34,259 nucleotides of DNA from an uncultured Clostridia bacterium (lineage in GTDB: Bacteria > Bacillota > Clostridia > Christensenellales > Borkfalkiaceae), in contig CANQUY010000001.1 in NCBI GenBank assembly GCA_947627125.1, forward strand, positions 1 to 34,259, given 5' to 3'. Below, in pieces: positions 24,206 to 33,213 of the stretch (position 1 is its first letter; each line of letters begins with the position of its first letter). Below the pieces are notes generated by a model, which saw only the letters and a program-made list of their open reading frames with translations, made no database searches and was not told the DNA's origin. The position numbers and the translations under genes were made by a program.

Positions 24206-24218
24206 GTTTGGGGGGATA

Positions 24219-27200
24219 TTATTCTGCCGTCACTGCGGTAATGGTCGCCGCAGAGAGAAGTTTGATATGGGTGAGCCGCGTGAATGCGCCGCCGAAGTTG
24301 CTGAGCGTGATGGTATTCTCGCCTGCCTCGACTTCAAATTCCGCAACGACCACGTCGTCCCATGCGTTCCAATTCTTGCCGCGAGGGTCGGTATCTTTCA
24401 CGCACTTCGTGATCTTGGCATTCCAGATCATGGGGATCCGATTGCCGTTGAGGTCAAGACGGAGGATCCATGCGGGATAGAGGTCGCCCTTTTCGATCGC
24501 GCCTGCGCGGATGACGAATTTCACCGTCGCCTTCTGATCGGCGTTGAACTTGAGCGTCATGCTTACGCCCTTGTTATTGATGTCGAGATAGTCAACATTG
24601 GCAACGTCATCTTTCCCCGTGGCGAAGTCATCGTAGAGTGTGCTGTCGATATTCTCTACTGTAAGCTGGCTGAATGCATAGGAATTCTCAGTCATCTCCT
24701 TGGTGGGAGCTCCGTTCGTCGCGATGAGCTCCATGCCGTTGTAGGTGTACGTCTTGGTGCCGCGCACATACTCCGTGGCCTCCGTTTCCACAACGGGCAG
24801 CTGGCTGAATTCGCTGTAAGGAATGGAAAGTTCCTCGCGGGTCATGCAGTCGGGGCAGTAGCGGTAAGCGAGCGCAACGTTCCCGAGCACGGCCTCCTGA
24901 TAGAGATTCCAATCGGTGAAGTGATGCCCGTCCTTACAGGTTGTGGGAACGAGGGTCGCTTCGGAGTAGAGGGCAACATAGTCGAAGTTGACGCGGCTAT
25001 TGCCGATCGTGAGCACGAAGGTGTTGTCGCCGGGCTGCAGGGTGACGATCGCAGCCGTATCGGATTCCTTCCAACCGAAATATTTACTTCCGGTCTGCGG
25101 GGTCACTTTCACGTTTTCGGTGGAAATTTCCGCACCGTTGAGCGTGATCTTGCTGAATGCATCGTGAAGGCTCATCGACTGCCCGAAGTTGAATATGAGT
25201 TCCGCCGTGACATTGCTCTCGGAGGCATTGTAGACGTGGAAGGTATAGGTCCCCTTTTGAGGACGTGCCGCATAGCCCATGCCGCTCGGAACAAAGTCAA
25301 CGTTGTACTCGTACTCGCGGCGCAGATCGTCCGTTCCGCTCGCTTCAAAGGCCTCCGCCTCGAAGATATTGCGGGTGAGAATGGTGATCTCAAACGTCGC
25401 AGTGACGTTGGAGAAGGAAACGGTGACGGTCGCCTTGCCGTTTTCGGTCTTGCCGACCTCAACCTGATAGTCCTCTTCGCCGAGCACACGCGAGCCGTTC
25501 TCGTAGTAGGCCGTGACGACCATGCCCGTGCGGTCGATCTCTTCGCCCTCGCGATAGGTCAGCTTCTGCGGCGGCTGGACTTTGAGTTCGGTGGGATCGC
25601 CCGTGACTTCCTTTACAGTGACGGTGATTGTGGAAACGGTCTTGCCCTCCGCCTCGATAGTGATCTGCGCTTCGCCCTTCTCAAGTTCGCCTGCGGGCGA
25701 GTAGGTGAAGGTCGTAAGCGGACGCTTGCTGCCGTCTTTGAGGGTCGCTTCAAGCTCAATGCCCTTGGGATCGAAGCGTTCGCCCTGATAGTATTCCGTC
25801 TTTTCGGGACCCGAAGTCATCTGAACATCGGTGATGACCTTGTCTGCGCTCGTTGCGAGTTCGGTCGCCGCCTGCAAGCGGATATCGTCCACGTTGGTGA
25901 AGGGGGAACCGAGCACTTCCACGACGATAACGTTTTCCCCTTCCTTGAGGTCGAACGTGCCGCAGACGATATAGATCCAATCCTTCCAATTCGAGCCGTT
26001 GCTCGCCCAGCCCTCTGTTTCCTTGGCGTACGCCTCGGCGGTGCTGTTGTGCTTTCCGTCCTGCGTGCCGCAGTGCATGGTGGGATCGAGCGGAACGGGC
26101 TTGCCGTTGACGCTGATGCGGAAGTTGAACGCCGCATTCAGGACACGGGTGTTGTTTCTTGCGACGTGCACGCCGAAGTTCGCCGTCGCCGCGAGGCCTG
26201 CATAGACTTTGAAAGTGAATCTGCCGCCGCCGTTGTCGCCGCCGCCGCCGACGTTGAACTTATGCGCGCCCTTGCCCTTTGCATTGACTGAATTGTCCAT
26301 GCCGGGGATGGGAATACCCATCTTGGCGTTGAAAGTTTCGTCGAATTCGGCATCCTCGAGGTCAAACACGTTGTTTGCCTTGTTGCCCTTGGCCTGTTCG
26401 GTGACGATCGTAAACGTCTTGCCGTCGTAGGTATAGGTCTGCGTGCCCGCAAGGTAGGTCGTCGCCTCTCTCGATTCTCCCTTGGTGTAATTTTCCCCGT
26501 TGAGATTTGCGGGAAGCGTTACGACTTCACGGGAGAAGCAGGTCGGGCAATAGCGGTACATTTCGCCCGCCTTCTCCGCCGTGGGAACGGTGGTGACGAG
26601 CCATTCCGACCAGCTGTGCCCGCTGTCCTTCTCGGCAGTGAGCGTGACTTCCGAGGAGGAACGGATGGCGATATAGTCCACGTTGACCGCTTTCAACGTA
26701 TAGTTGAATTTGATGACGTTGTTGCCCTGTTTCAGATCGACATTGCGCACTGCGACGAGTTCCTTCATATCGAAGTGGGGAGATACGAGGAGGCTGCTGC
26801 TGTAGGCGCTGTGTTCATCGACGGCAATTTCCGCGCCGTTGATCTCAAGCAGAGTGAGAATGGACGAAAGCGGAATGCTCTGGCCCGCCGTCAAGAGGTC
26901 GGGACGCGCGGCGACACGGAACAGGATCGTCGCCTTGCCCGCCGTAGCGGCGGTCACATTGAGCACGAATGCGTTGACGTCCACATCGGAATAGGCAGCG
27001 TTGAGGAACCCTGTCCCGCTGACCATGTTCCAGTTGACATTTTCGGGAAGTGCGCTTGCGATCGACTTCACGTTGCCGTATTCCATTCCGCGGCTGATCG
27101 CGAGCTTGGTCGTATCCGCCCCCTCGGGGACTTCAAACTCCACCGCTTCCGCCTCGAAGATGTACTTGGGCAGAATGGTGATATTGATGGAAGCCGTTTG

Positions 27201-28223
27201 ATCCTCATAGCGGACGGTGACGGAAGTACTGTCCTCCGTGAGGGCCTTTGCTTCGTCGTCGATCGTCCAGCCGTCGATGACGCGGGCGTCGGTCGTCGTA
27301 TTGTTGTATTCGGCATAGACGACAAGGCCCGATCTATCGAATTTGTCGCCTGCGCTGTATTCGGTGTTATAGGGCTGCTGCTCTACGCGGATGCCGCTGA
27401 GGACGAGCTCCTTGACCGTGATGGTGACGGAAGCAGACTTCTTGACCCCTTCTGCCTCATAGGAGATCTCAACGGAGGTGTCCGCCGCGGCGAGTTCCTT
27501 ATCCTCATAGGTGTACTCGTCCGCCTTGAGGACCTTCTGCGTGTTGTTCTCGAATTTTGCCGTGACTTCCATACCGGTGGGATCGAACTTCTCGCCGATA
27601 TTGTAGAGCGTCCATCGGGGCTGGGCGGTGATCTCGAGGGAAGAGAGCGCGGGCACATTTACCGTGACGGTGAATTTTGCCGTCATGCCGCCGTAAGTCA
27701 CAACGATCTCCTTCTCCCCCGCTTCCTCGAGCTTTGTCACGTTGAGGAAGTAATCGGTGACGACTTCGCTCGTGCCGTCGTCATAATAGGCCGTGACCTC
27801 CATGCCCTCCTTATCGAATTCGTCCCCGACGAAATAAGTCAGTTTGGCGGGCTTCTTGGTCACTTCGATCTTGGTTACCTCCGCTTCGGGAGGGTCGGAA
27901 ACGGTGATCGTCTGCGTCGCTGTCTTTTCCTGATAGGTCACAGTGATCTTTGTGTCCGTCTTTTGAAGAGCGCCGCTCGGGGCATAGGTGTAGTCGGTGA
28001 CGGCTTCCATGCTGTTGTCGCTGTACTTCGCCTGCACCACCATTCCCTTGGGCTCGAACTTCTCGCCGACAAGATAATTCGTCTTATCGGGCGCTTGGGT
28101 GATCGCGATCCCCGTGAGTTCCTTCTCGTCCCCCGTTTCATCGCCGCCGCACGCGACCATGCCGCACACGGCAAAGGCAAGACAGGCAAGAACCATCAGG
28201 ATCAACCATACTTTCCTTCTCAT
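24219..28223 (-). CDS. Surface lipoprotein with multiple Big_3-type Ig-like domains and CBM-like modules
   Basis: 1334 aa. Signal peptide plus lipobox (LAFAVCGMVACGG), with a strong AGGAGG RBS upstream. Repeats of the type I-x-V/I-T-x-x-P-x-K-T/L-x-Y-x-x-G-E-x-F/I-D-x-x-G-M-x-V-x-A-x-Y occur at least eight times. Three lectin-like modules end in VDYIAIRS, FDYVALYS and THIKLLS. Confidence 0.8.
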   Translation of the reverse strand: MRRKVWLILMVLACLAFAVCGMVACGGDETGDEKELTGIAITQAPDKTNYLVGEKFEPKGMVVQAKYSDNSMEAVTDYTYAPSGALQKTDTKITVTYQEKTATQTITVSDPPEAEVTKIEVTKKPAKLTYFVGDEFDKEGMEVTAYYDDGTSEVVTDYFLNVTKLEEAGEKEIVVTYGGMTAKFTVTVNVPALSSLEITAQPRWTLYNIGEKFDPTGMEVTAKFENNTQKVLKADEYTYEDKELAAADTSVEISYEAEGVKKSASVTITVKELVLSGIRVEQQPYNTEYSAGDKFDRSGLVVYAEYNNTTTDARVIDGWTIDDEAKALTEDSTSVTVRYEDQTASINITILPKYIFEAEAVEFEVPEGADTTKLAISRGMEYGNVKSIASALPENVNWNMVSGTGFLNAAYSDVDVNAFVLNVTAATAGKATILFRVAARPDLLTAGQSIPLSSILTLLEINGAEIAVDEHSAYSSSLLVSPHFDMKELVAVRNVDLKQGNNVIKFNYTLKAVNVDYIAIRSSSEVTLTAEKDSGHSWSEWLVTTVPTAEKAGEMYRYCPTCFSREVVTLPANLNGENYTKGESREATTYLAGTQTYTYDGKTFTIVTEQAKGNKANNVFDLEDAEFDETFNAKMGIPIPGMDNSVNAKGKGAHKFNVGGGGDNGGGRFTFKVYAGLAATANFGVHVARNNTRVLNAAFNFRISVNGKPVPLDPTMHCGTQDGKHNSTAEAYAKETEGWASNGSNWKDWIYIVCGTFDLKEGENVIVVEVLGSPFTNVDDIRLQAATELATSADKVITDVQMTSGPEKTEYYQGERFDPKGIELEATLKDGSKRPLTTFTYSPAGELEKGEAQITIEAEGKTVSTITVTVKEVTGDPTELKVQPPQKLTYREGEEIDRTGMVVTAYYENGSRVLGEEDYQVEVGKTENGKATVTVSFSNVTATFEITILTRNIFEAEAFEASGTDDLRREYEYNVDFVPSGMGYAARPQKGTYTFHVYNASESNVTAELIFNFGQSMSLHDAFSKITLNGAEISTENVKVTPQTGSKYFGWKESDTAAIVTLQPGDNTFVLTIGNSRVNFDYVALYSEATLVPTTCKDGHHFTDWNLYQEAVLGNVALAYRYCPDCMTREELSIPYSEFSQLPVVETEATEYVRGTKTYTYNGMELIATNGAPTKEMTENSYAFSQLTVENIDSTLYDDFATGKDDVANVDYLDINNKGVSMTLKFNADQKATVKFVIRAGAIEKGDLYPAWILRLDLNGNRIPMIWNAKITKCVKDTDPRGKNWNAWDDVVVAEFEVEAGENTITLSNFGGAFTRLTHIKLLSAATITAVTAE

Positions 28224-28342
28224 AAGCTACTTTTTTCCTCCTATCCTTTTTATATCTGATTTTACAGATACTTCCGAAGTTTCCCCCTTTTGAGAACACC
28301 GAAAAATTTTTTGTGAAATTTTTTCCTTGATACCATTTTTTT

Positions 28343-28379
28343 GTTTGTTATTTCATAACAAACTGCCCCCATGGGGGCA
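28343..28379. promoter_or_regulatory. Two adjacent perfect palindromes upstream of the lipoprotein gene (candidate operator plus GC hairpin)
   Basis: GTTTGTTAT-ttc-ATAACAAAC lies at 28343-28363, followed directly by TGCCCCC-at-GGGGGCA at 28364-28379. Confidence 0.4.
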
Positions 28380-28449
28380 CGGACCGCTGCATATTCTTGA
28401 TGAAAGCACATTCACTTTATCACTATTTTTTCATTATGTCAAGCGGTTT

Positions 28450-28560
28450 TTGAAATAATTTTCAATTTTTCGATAATTTTTGACTTTTTATACCTGAAAA
28501 TTTGTGAACTTTCTTGATAAAATCGGACAAAAAGTGAATTTTTGAAAATTAAATTTTCAA
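28450..28560. promoter_or_regulatory. Pair of TTGAAA...TTTCAA palindromes about 92 bp apart in the AT-rich divergent control region
   Basis: TTGAAA-taat-TTTCAA lies at 28450-28465, and TTGAAAATT-a-AATTTTCAA lies at 28542-28560. Confidence 0.4.
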
Positions 28561-28610
28561 TTTTTTGTTATATGATAAAAATGAACAATAAATTTGTCAT
28601 TTCCGCTTTG

Positions 28611-29111
28611 CCGCCCGCTCCGCCCTCATCCCGAACGAAGCGGCCCCGCGTCATTCTGAGAAACGGACGTTGAACGAAGTCCGACGAACTAACCCGAAGA
28701 ATCTCGCGGGGGGCGTATCAGACACTTTGCGGCGAGATACTTCGGTTCAGCTCCCGTTGACTTCGTTTATGCTCCCCTTCTCAGCATGACGCCGCCACCC
28801 AGCCCCGCGTCATTCTGAGAAACGGACGTTGAACGAAGTCCGACGAACTAACCCGAAGAATCTCGCGGGGGCGTGTACGGACACTTTGCGGCGAGATGCT
28901 TCGGTTCAGCTCCCGTTGACTTCGTTTATGCTCCCCTTCTCAGCATGACGCCGCCACCCAGCCCCGCGTCATTCTGAGAAACGGACGTTGAACGAAGTCC
29001 GACAAACTAACCCGAAGAATCTCGCGGGGCGGGTACGGACACTTTGCGGCGAGATGCTTCGGTTCAGCTCCTGTTGACTTTGTTATACTACCCTTCTCAG
29101 CATGACGCCGC
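28611..29111. repeat. Repeat array 5, in the order C- then (B+ A-) x3 as three nearly perfect 159-nt tandem units
   Basis: A C- unit lies at 28611-28643. B+ units lie at 28644-28713, 28803-28871 and 28962-29029. A- units lie at 28729-28795, 28888-28954 and 29046-29111. The conserved linkers are CG(T/G)GTACGGACACTTT and CACCCAG. Confidence 0.93.
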
Positions 29112-29194
29112 CCGACCCTCGCCCCATCCGCTCTGAATGCGTCGTTTTCACAGAAATCTCAGCGTTGTAACAGGAATTTGTGACGGCGAAAACG

Positions 29195-29223
29195 TTTCAC
29201 TTTGCTTTTTTCCGTGTTATAAT
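29195..29223 (+). promoter_or_regulatory. Extended -10 promoter for the ABC transporter operon
   Basis: TGt-TATAAT lies at 29215-29223, with a weak -35 (TTTCAC at 29195-29200, 17-nt spacer). A GGAGAG RBS lies at 29230-29235, before the ATG at 29241. Confidence 0.4.
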
Positions 29224-29240
29224 AATGATGGAGAGCGGTC

Positions 29241-29942
29241 ATGAGCTATTTGGAACTTGAAAACGTCAGCAAGGAATATCACACGGGGAGCGTCACGGTC
29301 AACGCCCTCGTCGGGGCCTCTTTTACCCTCGAGGACGGCGAATTTGCCGTCGTGCTCGGCTCGAGCGGGGCGGGAAAGACCACCCTTTTGAATCTCCTCG
29401 GCGGCATGGACACCGCCACAAGCGGAAAGATCGTGCTCGACGGCAAGGAAGTCACTTCGCTCAACAAGCGGGGGCTCACCGAGTACCGCCGCTATGACGT
29501 CGGCTTTGTGTTTCAGTTCTACAATCTCATGCCCAACCTCACCGCGCTCGAGAATGTGGAGATCGCCACAGAGATCTGTAAGAATGCCCTCGACCCTGCC
29601 ACGGTCCTAAAGGAAGTGGGCCTCGGCGAACGGCTCATGAACTTCCCCGCCCAGCTCTCGGGGGGAGAACAGCAGCGGGTTTCCATTGCGCGGGCGATCG
29701 CCAAGAATCCCAAGCTCCTCCTCTGCGACGAGCCCACGGGCGCGCTCGATTATGAAACGGGCAAAAGGATCCTGAAACTCCTCTATGAAACCTCAAAGAA
29801 GCAGAAAAAACCCGTCGTCGTCGTGACGCACAATGCGGCGATCGCGCAGATGGCGGATAAAGTCATCCATATCCGCAGCGGACGCATCGAGAGCGTCCAT
29901 GACAACCCTGCCCCCCTTCCCGTGGACGAAATCGAGTGGTGA
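29241..29942 (+). CDS. ABC transporter ATP-binding protein (MacB/LolD/FtsE-like)
   Basis: Walker A is [12 protein letters not shown], the Q-loop is present, the signature is [14 protein letters not shown], Walker B is [12 protein letters not shown], and the H-loop is VVTHN. Confidence 0.92.
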   Translation: MSYLELENVSKEYHTGSVTVNALVGASFTLEDGEFAVVLGSSGAGKTTLLNLLGGMDTATSGKIVLDGKEVTSLNKRGLTEYRRYDVGFVFQFYNLMPNLTALENVEIATEICKNALDPATVLKEVGLGERLMNFPAQLSGGEQQRVSIARAIAKNPKLLLCDEPTGALDYETGKRILKLLYETSKKQKKPVVVVTHNAAIAQMADKVIHIRSGRIESVHDNPAPLPVDEIEW

Positions 29943-29943
29943 A

Positions 29944-31800
29944 ATGAAGACATATTTCAAGACATTTTTCAAGATGTTCAAGCGGCATCTGACGCGGCTG
30001 GTTTCCGTCTTTTTGATGGTGCTCGTCAGCGTCGGGTTCACCGCGGGCATCGGTATGTCCACAGAGAAGATGGGCTTCTCCCTCGACGAGTACTACCGCG
30101 CGACGAACGCGAGCGCTCTCATCGTCAAGAACACGACGGAGAACGGCTTTTCGGACGGGGATATTTCCTATTTCAAGGAGCGTTACGGGGCGGAGAACGT
30201 GCTCGTTGGGACCTCGCTCGAGATCAAGGGCGGCGAAACGGAGAACTCCCTCCCCCTTGAAGGTTTGGGCGAGGGGATCACCCGCCTCTATTTCTTTTCG
30301 GAGGAAGGCCCCGCGTCACTCAAGATCAACCGTCCCGCCGTGCAAAACAACGGCGCAAAGCCGACGGGCAACTTTGAATATTCCGCCTACGAAGAGCGCG
30401 AAACGGAGCAGCTCATCCCCTTTGAAGGGGACCGCATCACCATGCCCGTGAACTTGGGCGGGCTCCTCTCCTTTCACTATGATTTCGTCCTCATGGGGAC
30501 GCTCACAAATCCCCTTCACTTTGCGAAGATGGACGACGTGAGCATGCAGTTTGAGGGGGAGGAGCTTTCGCATATCCTCTACATTTTCAACTGCGCGCCG
30601 CTCGCCGCTCTTCTGCCGAAAAATGACATATATGTCACGATTTCCGACCTTGACGCCCCCCTCTTTTCGGGCGGATACATGGAAAAAGTCAATGCCGAAA
30701 AGGCAGAAATAGAGGAGGCGTTCGACGACGTTGCCGTCCTCACGCTGAAGGAAAATTTCTCCTTCTCCTCCTTCAACGCCTATGGGGAAAAGATCGACGC
30801 CATCGGCTATGTGCTCATGGTGGTCTTTCTCCTCGTGACCTTGCTCGTCGTGCTGTCCACAATGACGCGGCTCCTCGAGGAGGAACGGGCGCAGATCGCG
30901 TGTATGCAGACGCTCGGCTATTCCCCCTTCATGATCTTGAGCAAGTACCTTCTCTTTGCGTTTGTGGGGACGCTCATCGGCGGCTTCGGGGCATACTTCG
31001 CGGGGGAAGGGCTCTCCTATATCATCTACATCAACTTCGATTGGTGCTATGCGCTGCCGCCCTATTCCGCAAAGCCCGCCCCCATCTTCTTCCTCATCTC
31101 GGCGGCCGTGATCGTGTTCTCCACCCTCATTGCGACCTTTGCGGCGGGCATGCACAAGACGCGGGAAGCTCCCGCCGTTCTCCTCCGCCCCCGCACGCCC
31201 AAGGCGGGCAGAAAGGTCATTTTAGAGCGCATTCCCCTGCTCTGGAACCGTCTTTCCTTCAAATATAAGTCCACCATGCGCAACGTCTTGCGCTTCCGCA
31301 TGCGCTTTGCTATGACCGTCGTCGCCGTCATGGCCTCAACGGGGCTCGTCCTCGCGGGGCTGGCCGTCCTCGACTGCTGCCTATTTCAGAATATCGGCAC
31401 AACGGCTATGATCGGCGTTGCCGTCATCGTGCTCATCTTTGCGGCGCTACTGAACGCCGTGGTCATCTATACGCTCACGAATATCAACATCTCCGAGCGG
31501 AACCGCGAGCTCGCGACGCTCATGGTGCTCGGCTATCAGACGCACGAGGTGGACCTCTATATCTACCGCGAGATCTATATCACGAGTGCGATCGGGATCG
31601 CGGCGGGGCTGCCGTTCGGGTGCCTTCTGTGCCTCTTCATCTTCAATCTGCTCGAATTCGGCTCCGTGGCGGGTATCCATTGGTTCATCTGGATCGCCGC
31701 GGCCGCGCTTTCGCTGGTATTTACCTTTATCGTGACGCTCATGCTGAAGCCCAAGATCCAAAAGATCGACATGAACGAATCCCTCAAGGCGATCGAATAG
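29944..31800 (+). CDS. FtsX-family ABC transporter permease (duplicated FtsX module)
   Basis: The start was chosen at ATG 29944 (MKTYFKTFFKMFKRHLTRLVSVFLMVLVSVGF), 1 nt after the ATPase stop. An N-terminal TM is followed by a large extracytoplasmic loop and then multiple TM helices. The sequence ERNRELATLMVLGYQTHEV is typical of FtsX domains. Confidence 0.85.
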   Translation: MKTYFKTFFKMFKRHLTRLVSVFLMVLVSVGFTAGIGMSTEKMGFSLDEYYRATNASALIVKNTTENGFSDGDISYFKERYGAENVLVGTSLEIKGGETENSLPLEGLGEGITRLYFFSEEGPASLKINRPAVQNNGAKPTGNFEYSAYEERETEQLIPFEGDRITMPVNLGGLLSFHYDFVLMGTLTNPLHFAKMDDVSMQFEGEELSHILYIFNCAPLAALLPKNDIYVTISDLDAPLFSGGYMEKVNAEKAEIEEAFDDVAVLTLKENFSFSSFNAYGEKIDAIGYVLMVVFLLVTLLVVLSTMTRLLEEERAQIACMQTLGYSPFMILSKYLLFAFVGTLIGGFGAYFAGEGLSYIIYINFDWCYALPPYSAKPAPIFFLISAAVIVFSTLIATFAAGMHKTREAPAVLLRPRTPKAGRKVILERIPLLWNRLSFKYKSTMRNVLRFRMRFAMTVVAVMASTGLVLAGLAVLDCCLFQNIGTTAMIGVAVIVLIFAALLNAVVIYTLTNINISERNRELATLMVLGYQTHEVDLYIYREIYITSAIGIAAGLPFGCLLCLFIFNLLEFGSVAGIHWFIWIAAAALSLVFTFIVTLMLKPKIQKIDMNESLKAIE

Positions 31801-31829
31801 GGAAGGGTCGATCCCCGCCCCTACCCCCT

Positions 31830-32053
31830 CCCCGCGTCATTCTGAGAAATAGAGTGAGATGAGAGAACGGGAACTAACCCGAAGAATCTCGCGGTGGCAT
31901 ATACGGACGACTGTGCGGCGAGATGAGTACAGCCCTCGCAGACTGCGTTGTACTCCCCTTCTCAGCATGACGCCACGCAAACAGGCTTCCGTGCGTTTTA
32001 TGGGATCCTTCGCTACGCTCAGGATGAGCGCGGGGGCAGGATGAGCGCGGGGG
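31830..32053. repeat. Repeat array 6, in the order B+ A- C+ plus a duplicated C tail
   Basis: A B+ unit lies at 31830-31894 (3' arm degenerate). An A- unit lies at 31915-31974. A C+ unit lies at 31999-32036, followed by a second CAGGATGAGCGCGGGGG at 32037-32053. Confidence 0.88.
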
Positions 32054-32083
32054 CGAATCAATCAAATACGAAAGGAGCAAACT

Positions 32084-33121
32084 ATGGGCATGAATATTGC
32101 ATTTTTCGACGCCAAGGACTATGACATTCCCGCCTTTGAGCGGTACGGAAAGGAAAACGGCATTTCCTTTAAATTTTACGAAACAAAGCTCGACGCCGAC
32201 ACAACGGAACTCGCCCGCGGCTTCGATGGGGTCTGCGTCTTTGTCAACGATACCGTTTCCGCGCCCGTCATCGACAAACTGTACGACATGGGCGTGAAAT
32301 ATATCGCCCTGCGCTGTGCAGGCTACAACAATGTGGACCTCAAACACTGCTTTCAAAAGCTCCACGTCGTCCGCGTCCCCGCCTATTCCCCCTATGCCGT
32401 CGCCGAACACACGATGGCAATGCTCCTCACCTCCGTCCGCCGCATTCACAAGGCGTACAACAGGACGAGGGAATTCAACTTCTCACTGAACGGCCTCACG
32501 GGCTTCGACCTCCACGGCAAGACGGTCGGCGTCGTCGGAACGGGTAAGATCGGCTCCATCTTCATTGATATCTGCAGGGGATTCGGCATGAATATCCTCG
32601 CCTATGACAAATTCCCGCGGCAGGACGCCGATTTCCCCTACGTTTCTCTCGACGAGATCTTTGAAAGGAGCGATATCATCTCCCTGCATCTTCCCCTCTT
32701 CGAGGACACCTATCACCTCATCGACCGCGAGGCCCTCAAAAAGCTCAAGAAAGGGGTCATCATTCTGAATACCTCGCGCGGGGCGCTCATCGATTCGGAG
32801 GCGCTGCTCGAGGGCATCAAACAGCGGATCATCGGCGCGGCCTGCCTCGACGTCTATGAGGAGGAATCGGAGCTCTTTTTCGAGGATTTTTCGGGCCATA
32901 TCATCGCGGACGACACCCTCGCGCGGCTTCTCTCGATGCCCAACGTCATTGTCACGTCCCACCAGGCCTTTCTGACCGAGGAGGCCCTCTCGAACATTGC
33001 CGAAACGACGGTGGAGAACCTCACAGAGCTCCGCGACGGGAAGGTCTGCCGCAACGAACTCTGCTACGACTGCGGCAACATGGAAGAGTGTAAGAAAAAG
33101 AGAAAGGAACGGTGCTTCTGA
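32084..33121 (+). CDS. ldhA: D-isomer-specific 2-hydroxyacid dehydrogenase, probably D-lactate dehydrogenase, with a short Cys-rich C-terminal tail
   Basis: An AAAGGAG RBS lies at 32070-32076. Motifs include VVRVPAYSPYAVAEH, the NAD fold GVVGTGKIGSIF, the catalytic region NTSRGALID, and VIVTSHQAFLT. The tail reads CRNELCYDCGNMEECKKKRKERCF. Confidence 0.8.
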   Translation: MGMNIAFFDAKDYDIPAFERYGKENGISFKFYETKLDADTTELARGFDGVCVFVNDTVSAPVIDKLYDMGVKYIALRCAGYNNVDLKHCFQKLHVVRVPAYSPYAVAEHTMAMLLTSVRRIHKAYNRTREFNFSLNGLTGFDLHGKTVGVVGTGKIGSIFIDICRGFGMNILAYDKFPRQDADFPYVSLDEIFERSDIISLHLPLFEDTYHLIDREALKKLKKGVIILNTSRGALIDSEALLEGIKQRIIGAACLDVYEEESELFFEDFSGHIIADDTLARLLSMPNVIVTSHQAFLTEEALSNIAETTVENLTELRDGKVCRNELCYDCGNMEECKKKRKERCF

Positions 33122-33159
33122 CCGTTCCCCGACAAACTCAAAACATAAAATTTTTGATC

Positions 33160-33187
33160 AAAAGGCGCCCCGAAAGGCGCCTTTTTT
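33160..33187. terminator. Bidirectional intrinsic terminator between the convergent ldhA-like and uL15-like genes
   Basis: AAAAGGCGCC-ccgaaa-GGCGCCTTTTTT. A-runs and T-runs flank both sides. Confidence 0.75.
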
Positions 33188-33213
33188 GCAACATATGTGC
33201 GAAATTTTTGATT

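Noticed and set aside
24267-28259. Long plus-strand ORFs (24267-26291 and 26616-28259) antisense to the Big_3 lipoprotein gene.
   Set aside because: The reasoning is the same as for the GH3 antisense ORFs. The minus-strand frame has a lipobox, a strong RBS and repeated Ig-like domains.
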